Positions 1 through 9,143 of a DNA stretch of 64,000 nt are shown piece by piece. Position 1 is the first letter of the stretch. Each line of letters opens with the position of its first letter. Made by a program: the position numbers and the translations under genes. This stretch comes from a virus (lineage: Duplodnaviria > Heunggongvirae > Uroviricota > Caudoviricetes), in the IMG/VR virus record IMGVR_UViG_3300029305_007758; one strand, given 5' to 3'. Below the pieces are notes generated by a model. It saw nothing but the letters and a program-made list of their open reading frames with translations, was not told the DNA's origin and did no database searches.

Positions 1-22
1 ATATGGAATTTTAGTTCGTTCC

Positions 23-205
23 ATGAAAGAAACGGCTATTATCAATTTCGATAGCAATATGGGTGGAATAGCAGTAAACATTGCACATGGTGATTATTCT
101 ATACTCCCATCTGATATGTATGAAATTAGAGATGGAAAAGTCTTTGTTTATGATTATGAGGAACACGGATATATTGATGCAGGATTAATGATATGGAGCG
201 ATTAA
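23..205 (+). CDS. hypothetical protein (60 aa; may be a window-edge fragment)
   Basis: ORF in the track. Same orientation and packing as downstream genes. No recognisable domain. Confidence 0.3.
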   Translation: MKETAIINFDSNMGGIAVNIAHGDYSILPSDMYEIRDGKVFVYDYEEHGYIDAGLMIWSD

Positions 206-207
206 AT

Positions 208-555
208 ATGAGTGATCAGAATAAATTTGAAGAATTAGTTAAATTGTTAGCAGAATTATCCTGCGACAGTGCATATGATGAAGAAATCAGTTTATTTGAA
301 GACAAGGTTGGCACAATTTGTAAAGCTTCAGGATTTGAAGGGCCATATTTTGGAATTGCACAGTCTGATTGGGAAGGAATTGATTGCCATACAAGATATT
401 CAAAAGCAAAGTTTTGTGCCGGATATTATGATGGGTCCCAAGCACCATTTTTAGTATGCGAATGGAACGATGATCTTGAGAAACTGGAAATGTTATTAAA
501 AGAAACTTCTGAAACATTGTATGAGATGTATCAGGAACGATTAAAAGAAGAATAA
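208..555 (+). CDS. hypothetical protein, tandem paralog 1 (about 116 aa)
   Basis: ATG at 208 is preceded by GGAG with a 9 nt spacer. Protein is about 60% identical to the 853..1230 product and shares its KFE(E/K)LVK(L/M)LAELS N-terminus. The last ~110 nt are near-identical at DNA level. Confidence 0.6.
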   Translation: MSDQNKFEELVKLLAELSCDSAYDEEISLFEDKVGTICKASGFEGPYFGIAQSDWEGIDCHTRYSKAKFCAGYYDGSQAPFLVCEWNDDLEKLEMLLKETSETLYEMYQERLKEE

Positions 556-627
556 GGAATAATTAAGATGTTACAAGTTTATCGAACATTAATAGTTCAA
601 TAAACATAAATTGTAGCATCTTTTTTT

Positions 628-658
628 CTACGTTTTAAGAGTGAATGAACCTTATATA
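628..658 (+). promoter_or_regulatory. motif-A promoter-like element (CTACGTTTT-N10-GAACCTTATATA)
   Basis: Exact motif. Preceded by hairpin plus T-run. About 43 nt upstream of ATG 701. Confidence 0.6.
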
Positions 659-700
659 TTTGTAACAGAAAAATGATATAAAAATAAAGGAGCAATATAT

Positions 701-841
701 ATGTCTTCAGAAAATAAGAAGCGTAAGGCTAAAAATTCACATTTGCATAATGGCGCTGATAAATTAGATGGAAAATTAAAAAGAAACATGTATTTTACGA
801 AACGTCTGAGAATGAAAAACAAAAAAATTGACTTAAATTAG
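701..841 (+). CDS. small basic protein (46 aa, K/R-rich)
   Basis: AAAGGAG RBS 8 nt upstream of ATG 701. Lies downstream of a motif-A promoter (628..658). Stop TAG at 839..841 overlaps the RBS of the next gene. Confidence 0.45.
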   Translation: MSSENKKRKAKNSHLHNGADKLDGKLKRNMYFTKRLRMKNKKIDLN

Positions 842-852
842 GAGGAATAATA

Positions 853-1230
853 ATGACTGATCAGTATAAGTTCGAGAAATTAGTAAAAATGTTAGCAGAA
901 TTGTCAGATGACCATAAATATGATGATGAAATTTATTTGTTTGCAGATAAAGTGGGTGCAATTTGCGAAGCATCAGGGCTTGAATCACCATGTTTTGGAA
1001 TTGCACGTTCACAATGGAGTTGTATTGATTTTTATCCAAACGTTCGTATGTATTCTAATCCTGGTTTGATTAAATTTCATGCAGAATACTACGATGGTAA
1101 TCAAGCACCGTTTATTGTGTGCGAATGGAATGATGATCTTGAGAAACTGGAAATGTTGTTAAAAGAAACATCTGAAACATTATATGAGATGTATCAGGAG
1201 CGATTGAATCGAAAAGGAGCATATTTATGA
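853..1230 (+). CDS. hypothetical protein, tandem paralog 2 (125 aa)
   Basis: AGGAGG RBS. Paralog of 208..555. Confidence 0.65.
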   Translation: MTDQYKFEKLVKMLAELSDDHKYDDEIYLFADKVGAICEASGLESPCFGIARSQWSCIDFYPNVRMYSNPGLIKFHAEYYDGNQAPFIVCEWNDDLEKLEMLLKETSETLYEMYQERLNRKGAYL

Positions 1231-1634
1231 AAAAATATTTGTTAACTTTAGTTATAATGGTTTGTTTGTTTAGTGGATGTGGAAAGTCGAACCAAGCAAC
1301 TATTGATGTGTTAGAAAGATGCAAAATAATTAACTCTACAATTACTGAAACTTCTATTTCTGCAAACAAAGAATATTTTACCATTACATTTGAAAATGGT
1401 TTATTTTATTGCGAAGATCATACAACCGGAAGTGCTGTATATACTATCAAAATTCCGAATAAATGTAATATTGATATGTATTCTGTTATCAAAAGTATTG
1501 CTTCAAATATTACAGAAGAAAACTTTGATAAATTAGAATCAGAAGGTGAAGTGTCCTTTTTCAAAGGATATCGAGAAAACTGGCATTGCTCCAAATCAAC
1601 AGAAGGTAACACTATTAAATATGTACTTAGATAA
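1227..1634 (+). CDS. putative lipoprotein
   Basis: AAAGGAG RBS. Signal peptide with lipobox (LFSGC). ATGA overlap with the upstream gene. Confidence 0.6.
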   Translation: MKKYLLTLVIMVCLFSGCGKSNQATIDVLERCKIINSTITETSISANKEYFTITFENGLFYCEDHTTGSAVYTIKIPNKCNIDMYSVIKSIASNITEENFDKLESEGEVSFFKGYRENWHCSKSTEGNTIKYVLR

Positions 1635-1647
1635 AGGAGATGAAGCG

Positions 1648-2067
1648 ATGGGTGTTTGTTTAAAAGCTAAAAATTCAACTTATACGTTTGATATGGGGTA
1701 TGGTGGATTTCATAATTTACGTTCCAATATTGCCTATGCATTTGATAAAGAATTTGGAGCAGCATATGATGATACAAAAATGTGTCTATTAGATCCGAAT
1801 AAATACAATGCTCGTTTTTGTTCTATTTTATCAGATGATCGATTCAAAAATGAAGACGTTGATATTGTTGATTTTCTTTTTGAATATGATGGTCATGGTA
1901 AATGTGGATATAAAACATGTGGCAAAATTTACAATCTCATCAAAGACATTGATTTTGGTGACAAGATTTTTACATATGCTGCACGTTCAGATGGAAAAGA
2001 TTATGAGAAGTTTAAACTGTTTCTACAAGAATGTTACTCAAAGCGTAGAAACATGGTTTGGGATTAA
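1648..2067 (+). CDS. hypothetical protein (Cys/His-containing, 139 aa)
   Basis: Track ORF 1546..2067 trimmed to the internal ATG at 1648, which has an AAAGGAGA RBS. The longer form would overlap the lipoprotein gene. Confidence 0.55.
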   Translation: MGVCLKAKNSTYTFDMGYGGFHNLRSNIAYAFDKEFGAAYDDTKMCLLDPNKYNARFCSILSDDRFKNEDVDIVDFLFEYDGHGKCGYKTCGKIYNLIKDIDFGDKIFTYAARSDGKDYEKFKLFLQECYSKRRNMVWD

Positions 2068-2235
2068 ATGAAAAAGAAGGTACAAAATATGAGTATTGTT
2101 TTATTGTTAGCGGTAACAGTTTTTGTATTTGTTGCGGGAACTTTAACAACAGATAATGATACATACAAATATAATCGTAAACGAAAATCTGATTTTAACT
2201 ATATTGATTTTAAAGATGAGCATCGATGGAGGTAA
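2068..2235 (+). CDS. small single-pass membrane protein (55 aa)
   Basis: Start overlaps the upstream stop (TAAATG). Hydrophobic core. Hand-translated, not in the track. Confidence 0.35.
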   Translation: MKKKVQNMSIVLLLAVTVFVFVAGTLTTDNDTYKYNRKRKSDFNYIDFKDEHRWR

Positions 2236-2238
2236 AAG

Positions 2239-2922
2239 ATGTTAAAAAGAGTTACATTTACTGGCGTAGATCAGAAAACAAAAGTAAAAGATTTGGAAGC
2301 GTTACAAGAGAAATATCCGTTTGTTGAATTCGGTATTTTAATTTCCGAAACAAACACCAACAAAAACGTATCAAATCGATATCCATCACTTGTTATGTTA
2401 AAAAGACTGAAAAATATCAAAAACCTTTCGTTACATATCTGTGGTCGTTTCGTAAGAGAAATTATGACAAAGAACGATTGGTCCGGTGTAAAATCACTTA
2501 TGGGTAATTATTGGGATATATTCTCCCGGGTCCAGCTTAATGCAGCAGGATATGAGAAGTTTTCAGATTCTGTAACATTTCCAGAAGAGAAACAAGTAAT
2601 TATTCAGATGAAATCTGATAAAACAGCTTTTTATGATACATATAAACAGGTTGCAAATGTGGTTGGATTTCAGGATAATTCTGGCGGTACTGGTGTTTTT
2701 ACAAATGAATGGATAGTGCCAGAAGATTTTGCTTTCGGATTTGCTGGTGGATTAAGTATTGATAACGTCGTAGATGTGGTTAAAACAATTGATGCACAAT
2801 ATGATGGTGCTTACTGGATTGATATGGAAACAAGTGTTAGAACGAATGATAAGTTTGATGTTAAGAAGTGTGAAGAAGTTTGTAAAGCATTGGTTGACGC
2901 GGGACTCATTGGAATGGAGTAG
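2239..2922 (+). CDS. TIM-barrel protein with TrpF/phosphoribosylanthranilate-isomerase-like motifs
   Basis: GGAGG RBS. Motifs DNSGGTGVFTNEW and FGFAGGLSIDNV resemble the PRAI phosphate-binding segments. Function unknown. Confidence 0.35.
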   Translation: MLKRVTFTGVDQKTKVKDLEALQEKYPFVEFGILISETNTNKNVSNRYPSLVMLKRLKNIKNLSLHICGRFVREIMTKNDWSGVKSLMGNYWDIFSRVQLNAAGYEKFSDSVTFPEEKQVIIQMKSDKTAFYDTYKQVANVVGFQDNSGGTGVFTNEWIVPEDFAFGFAGGLSIDNVVDVVKTIDAQYDGAYWIDMETSVRTNDKFDVKKCEEVCKALVDAGLIGME

Positions 2923-2927
2923 TAAAA

Positions 2928-3749
2928 ATGACAGTTAAAGAATTAGAAACAAGAAAAGTTATTACCGTGAGTGGTATTCCACCTTATAATACATGGCACA
3001 AACATTTATTGTGTCAAAAAGACGTTAAATGTGGATATTATGTAGAAATTCGAGATTTCGATGAACATATATTCATTGGTGTTGTAACAGAGATTTATGA
3101 CACAATTTTTGATGTGCCAGATATCCAAAAGATGTTGAAAAATGTATATCACGATTCTGTTGAAGAACTTGCTGCAAACATTGACGATTGTGAATCAAGG
3201 ATTGTTGCAATTCATGATAAAGATACATATGAATCACAGCAGCGTATATTAGCGGAACAAAAATTAATTGGAACAGGTAGAGTAGAAATTACAAAAGCAC
3301 TCACTAAAGCAATTGAATGTCATGTGAATCCAAATAATGACACAAGAATTTACACGGCAAAAGAGGTTACATTTGACTACGCTACTGGGCATTCGGTTCG
3401 AGTGGATTTTATGCGATTTAAGCCGTTAAATAACTCTGTTTCAGGTATTGAAAAGGGTGACTTCTATTGTTACGAAATCAAGTCCAGTGTCGAAGATTTT
3501 CACAGTAAAAATGGTCACAATTTCATTGGTGATTACAATTATTATGTGATGCCGGAAGATGTGTATGAAAAAGTAAGCAAGGAAATTCCTTGGGGCGTTG
3601 GGGTGTTTACATCTTCTATGAAAGAACGTAAAGGGTTTGTAGATTTAACACAAGTTAAAAATGCAAAACGTCGAGACAGAGAAAAGCCTGTATCAGAAAT
3701 GTTATTGATGATGTTCCGGTCCGCAGCAAGAGATTTGTACAAGAGATAA
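2928..3749 (+). CDS. hypothetical protein; possible PD-(D/E)xK nuclease fold
   Basis: GGAG RBS. Weak D..EIK signature (GDFYCYEIKS). Confidence 0.55.
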   Translation: MTVKELETRKVITVSGIPPYNTWHKHLLCQKDVKCGYYVEIRDFDEHIFIGVVTEIYDTIFDVPDIQKMLKNVYHDSVEELAANIDDCESRIVAIHDKDTYESQQRILAEQKLIGTGRVEITKALTKAIECHVNPNNDTRIYTAKEVTFDYATGHSVRVDFMRFKPLNNSVSGIEKGDFYCYEIKSSVEDFHSKNGHNFIGDYNYYVMPEDVYEKVSKEIPWGVGVFTSSMKERKGFVDLTQVKNAKRRDREKPVSEMLLMMFRSAARDLYKR

Positions 3750-3871
3750 TGAAACAAAAAGATGTTACGAGATTACTTGTAGCATCTTTTTTTTTGCAAT
3801 TTACTTCGTTTCAATAAAAAATGGACCTTATTTTATTTGTAACAAGTAGTTATACAGTTAAGGAGCTGGGA

Positions 3872-4108
3872 ATGAGAAATCAAGAAAATAACGTTAATGA
3901 TTCTATAGTCTTTGTCAATAAAGCTTTTTGCACAATGAATGAAGTTATCAGCTGGTTGAATAAAAATAAAAATAAGGTTATTGATTATAGTTTTTCATAT
4001 GAATCAATCTGTTCAATCCAATTAATTGCAAGAGTAAGAGAAGGAAATGGAAGAACAAGAACAAAAACAATAAAGGAGAAGATATATGAAAGTAAACGAT
4101 ATCGTTAG
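3872..4108 (+). CDS. hypothetical protein (78 aa)
   Basis: AAGGAG RBS before ATG 3872. Downstream of the promoter/terminator block at 3760..3840. Confidence 0.4.
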   Translation: MRNQENNVNDSIVFVNKAFCTMNEVISWLNKNKNKVIDYSFSYESICSIQLIARVREGNGRTRTKTIKEKIYESKRYR

Positions 4109-4649
4109 AAGCAAAGCGACAGACCGATTATATAAAGTTGTGGAAATAAAAGAAAATCGTGACGGTTTTCTTTGTGAACCATTAGATAACAGTAATAGTG
4201 GTTCTTATTGTTTCTTTGAAGATGAAGTATACCTTATTTCTAATGGTACCGAAACAAATAAGAATCTTAGTATTGGCAATATCAAACTTGAAACAAAAGA
4301 AGATATTTTAGCAGTAGATGCAGCGATGGATCAGATTGAAGAACGTGTAAAAGAAGCTGCAACATATTTAGGCTTCTTGGATAATACATGGGTTTTTGAA
4401 GATTTCGAAATTGGCAAAGAAAACATTCGCGTCATTGCATATGATTATTACTATGATTTACATGACACAAAGTCAACAAGCTTCCCAATCGAATGTATCT
4501 TAGATGAAGAGTTCTTAAAACGATACAAAGAAGAATGGGACGAAGCGATTCGTAAAAATGAAGAAAAGAAACGTTTAGCAGAACAGCAGCGCATCGAAGA
4601 TAAAGAAAAAGCCGAACTGGAACGTTTGAAAGCAAAATATGAGGCGTAA
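4086..4649 (+). CDS. hypothetical protein with charged coiled-coil C-terminus
   Basis: AAAGGAGA RBS. 187 aa. Confidence 0.6.
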   Translation: MKVNDIVRSKATDRLYKVVEIKENRDGFLCEPLDNSNSGSYCFFEDEVYLISNGTETNKNLSIGNIKLETKEDILAVDAAMDQIEERVKEAATYLGFLDNTWVFEDFEIGKENIRVIAYDYYYDLHDTKSTSFPIECILDEEFLKRYKEEWDEAIRKNEEKKRLAEQQRIEDKEKAELERLKAKYEA

Positions 4650-4687
4650 AAGAGTGATAAGATGTTAAAAAGGTAGGTGAAACAAAA

Positions 4688-4795
4688 ATGTTCTTTGAAG
4701 ATTTAGTAAAAGGAATTTTGAAATTGTGGATAACAATTATGCTTATAATGGTTATTGCTGTAATTGATAAATTAACACCAGGTGGTTTAATTTAA
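4688..4795 (+). CDS. small hydrophobic peptide (35 aa)
   Basis: Hand-translated ORF MFFEDLVKGILKLWITIMLIMVIAVIDKLTPGGLI. Weak GGTAGGTGA RBS. Confidence 0.3.
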   Translation: MFFEDLVKGILKLWITIMLIMVIAVIDKLTPGGLI

Positions 4796-4839
4796 AAAAT
4801 TAATATTAATTGAAGCAACAAATATTGTTGCTTCTTTTT

Positions 4840-4870
4840 CTACGTTTTAAGAACAAATGAGCCTTATATA
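4840..4870 (+). promoter_or_regulatory. motif-A promoter-like element
   Basis: ctacgtttt aagaacaaat gagccttatata. Follows terminator 4812..4839. Confidence 0.6.
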
Positions 4871-4901
4871 TATATGAAACAAACATTAGGAGAAAAAGAA
4901 T

Positions 4902-5114
4902 ATGAAAATTAAAATGAAAATGGTTACATGTCAGCATGAATCAAAATATGGAGTTGATAGTTATACGCGTTTTGTGAAAAAGAATGAAAGCGTAGATGAT
5001 GTTATTGAATCGATTAAAAAAGAATGTGATTACAATGAATCAAAATATGGCGAGTATTTTGACAGTAATGTTGAAGAATTAATCATTGATACAGATGATT
5101 TTGAAAAAGTATAA
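4902..5114 (+). CDS. hypothetical protein (70 aa)
   Basis: AGGAGA RBS. Downstream of motif A at 4840..4870. Confidence 0.5.
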   Translation: MKIKMKMVTCQHESKYGVDSYTRFVKKNESVDDVIESIKKECDYNESKYGEYFDSNVEELIIDTDDFEKV

Positions 5115-5150
5115 GAGTATCAGTTATTCATTGATGAAAGGAATAAATTC

Positions 5151-5666
5151 ATGAAAACAAAAGATATTTGTATCACAGCAATGGGTGTTGCATTATTTGT
5201 TGCTTTATCCATGTGTTTAAGGGTACCGGTGTTTGAAAATTATTATTTATGTCTCGGATATATTGTAATGGCAGTATATTGTTACATATTTGGTCCGGTT
5301 AAAGGAATAATCGTAGGCGTATTTGGAACAATTTTGTATTGTCTCTTAATTAATGGATTACGTGGCATGCCTGGATGGGCACTGGGGAACATTGTTATTG
5401 GTGCCATTATGGGCCTTTGGTTCAAATATACAAAGAAGCAGACATCTTTGCTGCATATTATTTTAAGCATCATTGTTATTGTAGCAGCAGTTGTGTTAGG
5501 AATCTTAGGTGTTAAGTCAGCAGTAGAATGCTTCTTATATGCGCAACCAATGATAATTCGCTTAGCAAATAATGTATACGCATTTGTTTCGGATGTTGTT
5601 GTATTAGTTGCAAGCTTGCCTATTTGCAAGCGTATAAGCACCATTAAAAAAGGAGTAGTAAGATGA
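5151..5666 (+). CDS. polytopic membrane protein, ECF-transporter S-component-like (about 5 TM, 171 aa)
   Basis: AAAGGAA RBS. Hydrophobicity pattern and size fit vitamin-uptake S components. No sequence-level assignment possible. Confidence 0.5.
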   Translation: MKTKDICITAMGVALFVALSMCLRVPVFENYYLCLGYIVMAVYCYIFGPVKGIIVGVFGTILYCLLINGLRGMPGWALGNIVIGAIMGLWFKYTKKQTSLLHIILSIIVIVAAVVLGILGVKSAVECFLYAQPMIIRLANNVYAFVSDVVVLVASLPICKRISTIKKGVVR

Positions 5667-5860
5667 TTATGGAACAAATAGATAGATTCTTAGATAATCT
5701 ATTTCAAACAGATGTAAACATAGACAATGTAATGTTTTGGGTATTTATTGGTGCAGGTATTTTTGCAACAATATTAATTGCAACAATTGGGTGTCAGTTA
5801 GAGTCAATTCTGTTGCATTTTAAAAGTAACAAGAAAAACAAAAAGAAGAAACGGAAATAG
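5663..5860 (+). CDS. small membrane protein
   Basis: AAGGAG RBS. ATGA overlap with the upstream gene. Confidence 0.45.
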   Translation: MIMEQIDRFLDNLFQTDVNIDNVMFWVFIGAGIFATILIATIGCQLESILLHFKSNKKNKKKKRK

Positions 5861-5864
5861 ACAA

Positions 5865-6335
5865 ATGATTATTGATATAATTGAGGAAAATATTCCTAGA
5901 AGCATTAGAAAAAGTATCTATCAACTTTTGGCTGAAATGTATGGCCTAAATTCACCTAATGAATTCGACCTCCCTGATTACAAAGACTTTGAATCATTTA
6001 TTGAAGGTGATATGGAATTAAACACACATATTTTGATTTATTGTCAGGATCAAAAGGCTGTTGGTTGCTTGTATCTTGGTAATTACGAATATGATAATGA
6101 AACATTTTATAAAGAAGGTTGCATGCATTTTAGCAACTTACATGTTTTAGCAGAGTATAGAAGACAAGGAATTGCTACGAAACTTATGAAATATGCAGAA
6201 GAACTTGCAAAGGAAGAAGGAATTCATGTCTTATCAAGTAGCTATGATGAAATGAACAAAAAAAGCGAAAGCGTACATAGAAAAAGTGGGTTCAAAGTGA
6301 TTGAAAAGACTATAAACGTGATTAAGGAAATTTAG
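5865..6335 (+). CDS. GNAT family N-acetyltransferase
   Basis: Acetyl-CoA-binding motif A, RRQGIATKLMKYAEELAKEEG (R/Q-x-x-G-x-A). Confidence 0.8.
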   Translation: MIIDIIEENIPRSIRKSIYQLLAEMYGLNSPNEFDLPDYKDFESFIEGDMELNTHILIYCQDQKAVGCLYLGNYEYDNETFYKEGCMHFSNLHVLAEYRRQGIATKLMKYAEELAKEEGIHVLSSSYDEMNKKSESVHRKSGFKVIEKTINVIKEI

Positions 6336-6351
6336 AAATGGAGATAAATAA

Positions 6352-7026
6352 ATGAGTAGAGAATATACGCCAGTAAAACCGGGAGATATTGTTTTTAAAG
6401 AACCAATGTCACAGGAAGATTGTATCAAAACTTTAGCAGCAAAAATAAGAGTCAAACAGAAAGAGCAATTAGACGAATTAAAATCAATATCTATGTGGAA
6501 ACTGATGTTTGATGAAGTTATATATGAGTTGCCGGGCATAATTGCTGCAGGTGTGATTTTTGGACTCTTTGCTTTTCTGTTTTTACCTGCTGTGACAACA
6601 CTTTCTAATTCTTTTTTATGTGCCATTGTTGTTGCATTAATATCTATGTTGGTTTTCATTGGACTTATTGCAATGATAGAATTTAGTAACACAAAAGATG
6701 AAATCAAAACTCGCGAAACTGAATACAAAGAAGCAATGTCTTTATCTGATAAAGAACTGATGGAATGCAATTTTGAATACAATCCTTTTGAGTATGAAGT
6801 TTCATTTGTAGATGGATTTTACAATGTAAAAAATAGAAATATCGTTGCAATGACACATGATGGTTGTTACAGATTTAAGCATGCATATGAAAACGGAGAT
6901 ATATCTGAAGTTTATCTTAGTTATGAAACTCTTATTGAAAACATCAATATTGAAAGCAAATTATTGATTGAACTTACAGAAGATTTTAAGATTGTAGTAA
7001 GAACAAAAGAATATTGTTTCGAATAA
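6352..7026 (+). CDS. membrane protein (2 TM)
   Basis: GGAGA RBS. Hydrophobic helices. Confidence 0.55.
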   Translation: MSREYTPVKPGDIVFKEPMSQEDCIKTLAAKIRVKQKEQLDELKSISMWKLMFDEVIYELPGIIAAGVIFGLFAFLFLPAVTTLSNSFLCAIVVALISMLVFIGLIAMIEFSNTKDEIKTRETEYKEAMSLSDKELMECNFEYNPFEYEVSFVDGFYNVKNRNIVAMTHDGCYRFKHAYENGDISEVYLSYETLIENINIESKLLIELTEDFKIVVRTKEYCFE

Positions 7027-7057
7027 CAATAAAGGGACGAGAAATCGTCTCTTTTTT

Positions 7058-7088
7058 CTACGTTTTAAGAGAAAATGATCCTTATATT
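7058..7088 (+). promoter_or_regulatory. motif-A promoter-like element
   Basis: ctacgtttt aagagaaaat gatccttatatt. Confidence 0.6.
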
Positions 7089-7124
7089 ATTTAAACATGA
7101 TATACTAAAAAAGGAGTGTTAATA

Positions 7125-7529
7125 ATGAGAACAACAGAAAAAGATATTTTAATGATTTGTAAAGGCCGATACAATCATGATAAGCACGAAACTTTTGAAG
7201 CAGCTTTAGATGCATATTATAGAGAACATTACTTGATTTCAAAAGAAGAAATTCCAACACTTAGTCACAGATTTATGTTGACACTTTGGTTTAATGATTG
7301 CGTGAAAGCATTTTTACAGACAGACACAATGAACAGTTTTTGGTGGCATGTAATTCAAAACGAATCAATGACTGAGCAACATTTTTTAAACAAAGATGGG
7401 TGTGCAGAATTTTACGATGTGTTATATCATAGAATCGTAACATGGTTGACACTTCTTAAGGTAAGAGACGATAATGGTAATTGGATCATTGATTTATCTG
7501 ATTACGAAGGCATTGATTACATAATTTAA
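7125..7529 (+). CDS. hypothetical protein
   Basis: AAGGAG RBS 8 nt upstream of ATG 7125. Downstream of motif A at 7058..7088. Confidence 0.6.
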   Translation: MRTTEKDILMICKGRYNHDKHETFEAALDAYYREHYLISKEEIPTLSHRFMLTLWFNDCVKAFLQTDTMNSFWWHVIQNESMTEQHFLNKDGCAEFYDVLYHRIVTWLTLLKVRDDNGNWIIDLSDYEGIDYII

Positions 7530-7546
7530 CTTTGAAAGGTATTATT

Positions 7547-8200
7547 ATGGAACAGAATAAATATGCTGCAGAGTTGCAGAAAATTGACAAATTGGATAAG
7601 AAGATTGCAATCAAAGAAGCGAGTGGTATTGATGCAAGCGCAGATGAACGTGAAAAAGAGATTGCGATGCTGGAATTGCTTGATAAATCAAAAGATGATG
7701 TACCAAAGCCAAAAGTTGTTTCAGCGGCAGAACTTGAAGCAAAACGCATGATTAACAATGCAAAGAAGCAGGTTGCAAATACTACATCAAAAGAATATTG
7801 TATCGCGTTATTAGATGTATTAAATGAATATCTGAATAAATGTGAAGATATGTTTGAAACAAATGATGTTGATGCAATTATTTATGCTTGTGACATGTTG
7901 GGTGAGTTTTTTGTTGAAGTTCATGGAGCATTCTTTGATTACGCAGAAAATGCAGAAAAACACGACAATGTACCAGATTTAAAAGCTACATATCCGGCAT
8001 TGGATCGGGATTATTATGAATTGAATAAAGAAGAAAGTATCGGATTGATACATACAATCTTTGATAAATTGAAAGTTTTGAACCAGAACCTTAAAGAAGC
8101 TCTGGATGGGACAGATTCATGGTTAATTATACATCTGTCGCAGTTGTATGGATGTTATTCTTTTGTATTTATTGATATGAGCGTTCAAATTTCTGAATAA
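7547..8200 (+). CDS. hypothetical protein
   Basis: GAAAGG RBS. 217 aa. Confidence 0.55.
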   Translation: MEQNKYAAELQKIDKLDKKIAIKEASGIDASADEREKEIAMLELLDKSKDDVPKPKVVSAAELEAKRMINNAKKQVANTTSKEYCIALLDVLNEYLNKCEDMFETNDVDAIIYACDMLGEFFVEVHGAFFDYAENAEKHDNVPDLKATYPALDRDYYELNKEESIGLIHTIFDKLKVLNQNLKEALDGTDSWLIIHLSQLYGCYSFVFIDMSVQISE

Positions 8201-8214
8201 AACGCAAACAAAAA

Positions 8215-8238
8215 GCCCCCGCAAAATACACGGGGGAC
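8215..8238 (-). terminator. GC hairpin terminator (gcccccg / cgggggac)
   Basis: Stem-loop. T-run on the minus strand. Follows the antisense gene 8252..8479. Confidence 0.55.
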
Positions 8239-8251
8239 AATTCGGTGGTTA

Positions 8252-8479
8252 CTACAGGGCTTTTAATTCTTCCCAGTCTTCCAATAGAGGATCCGCGCCA
8301 GTTAAAATCTTGTTACGGTCTAAAATTATACACGCTCTTCGGAACAGCTTTAATTGATCTTTTTCCGGCGTTTTGCTACTTTTTAGGATTTCCACCTTTT
8401 CATTCGCCGCTTTTTTCACAAGTTCGTACGCGTTTGGCTGGGTTTCTTTAAGTTTTTCCCATCTTTCTAAAATGACCAT
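8252..8479 (-). CDS. small protein on the opposite strand inside the plus arm (75 aa)
   Basis: Strong AAAGGAGGG RBS. Its own motif-B promoter at 8516..8526. Terminator hairpin at 8215..8238. Confidence 0.55.
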   Translation of the reverse strand: MVILERWEKLKETQPNAYELVKKAANEKVEILKSSKTPEKDQLKLFRRACIILDRNKILTGADPLLEDWEELKAL

Positions 8480-8565
8480 ATTTGCCCTCCTTTAAATAAT
8501 AGGTTAATAGTAACAATATAAATATGGTACATGACAAGTACATAAACGAAAGGAATGTAAAAACA

Positions 8566-9036
8566 ATGAATCAACTTTTAGACGATATTAGAAAAGATGC
8601 AATCAAGTGTGCAGATGTGGCAAGATGTAGTAATCCATCTTGGTATGATTCAGAATTTGATGTTTTTAAAGCAATTGGTACAATACTAACGTTAGCTGAA
8701 ATTGTTCAAAACGAAGGATTATTTGCTATGGATGATTTTCTTGACACTACAGATGATAGTTTACCGAATTGTAATTACTTCAAGAAAATTGGACATCTTG
8801 TAACAAAAGCGACAGAGCCGGAACTGATTGAAGAAATTGGAACAAATATATACTGGACCAATGGATATAGTAAATTCCATGCACTTGTAGCATATACATA
8901 TTTGCGCGGATTGCTTATGATTCAGACTGGCTATCATGTACATTATATTCAGGATGTATTACTTAGTGTATTAACCGATAAGGAATTAGAGTTATACAAC
9001 GAATCTGAATACAAATGGATTGAAACAGAAAAATAA
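8566..9036 (+). CDS. hypothetical protein
   Basis: AAAGGAA RBS. Start trimmed from 8524. Confidence 0.5.
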   Translation: MNQLLDDIRKDAIKCADVARCSNPSWYDSEFDVFKAIGTILTLAEIVQNEGLFAMDDFLDTTDDSLPNCNYFKKIGHLVTKATEPELIEEIGTNIYWTNGYSKFHALVAYTYLRGLLMIQTGYHVHYIQDVLLSVLTDKELELYNESEYKWIETEK

Positions 9037-9053
9037 TACAAAGATTAAAATGA

Positions 9054-9084
9054 AAGACGATACTTTTTGTATCGTCTTTTTCTT
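9054..9084 (+). terminator. Rho-independent terminator
   Basis: agacgatac tttttg gtatcgtct followed by ttttct. Confidence 0.6.
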
Positions 9085-9143
9085 CGTTTCAGACATTATT
9101 GAACCTAATATTATTTGTAATAAATGTAAATAGGAGCGAAAAT

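Noticed and set aside
1546-2067. Long form of the ORF starting at 1546
   Set aside because: It would overlap the lipoprotein gene by about 90 nt in another frame. The internal ATG at 1648 has a canonical AAAGGAGA RBS.
287-6782. Several minus-strand ORFs inside the plus arm (287..517, 833..1039, 1112..1384, 5282..5677, 6234..6782)
   Set aside because: All overlap better-supported plus-strand genes. They lack RBSs and have low-complexity translations.
8245-8451. Plus-strand ORF (68 aa) in the track
   Set aside because: It overlaps the minus-strand gene 8252..8479. That gene has a strong AAAGGAGGG RBS, its own motif-B promoter and a terminator. The plus ORF has no RBS and a low-complexity translation.
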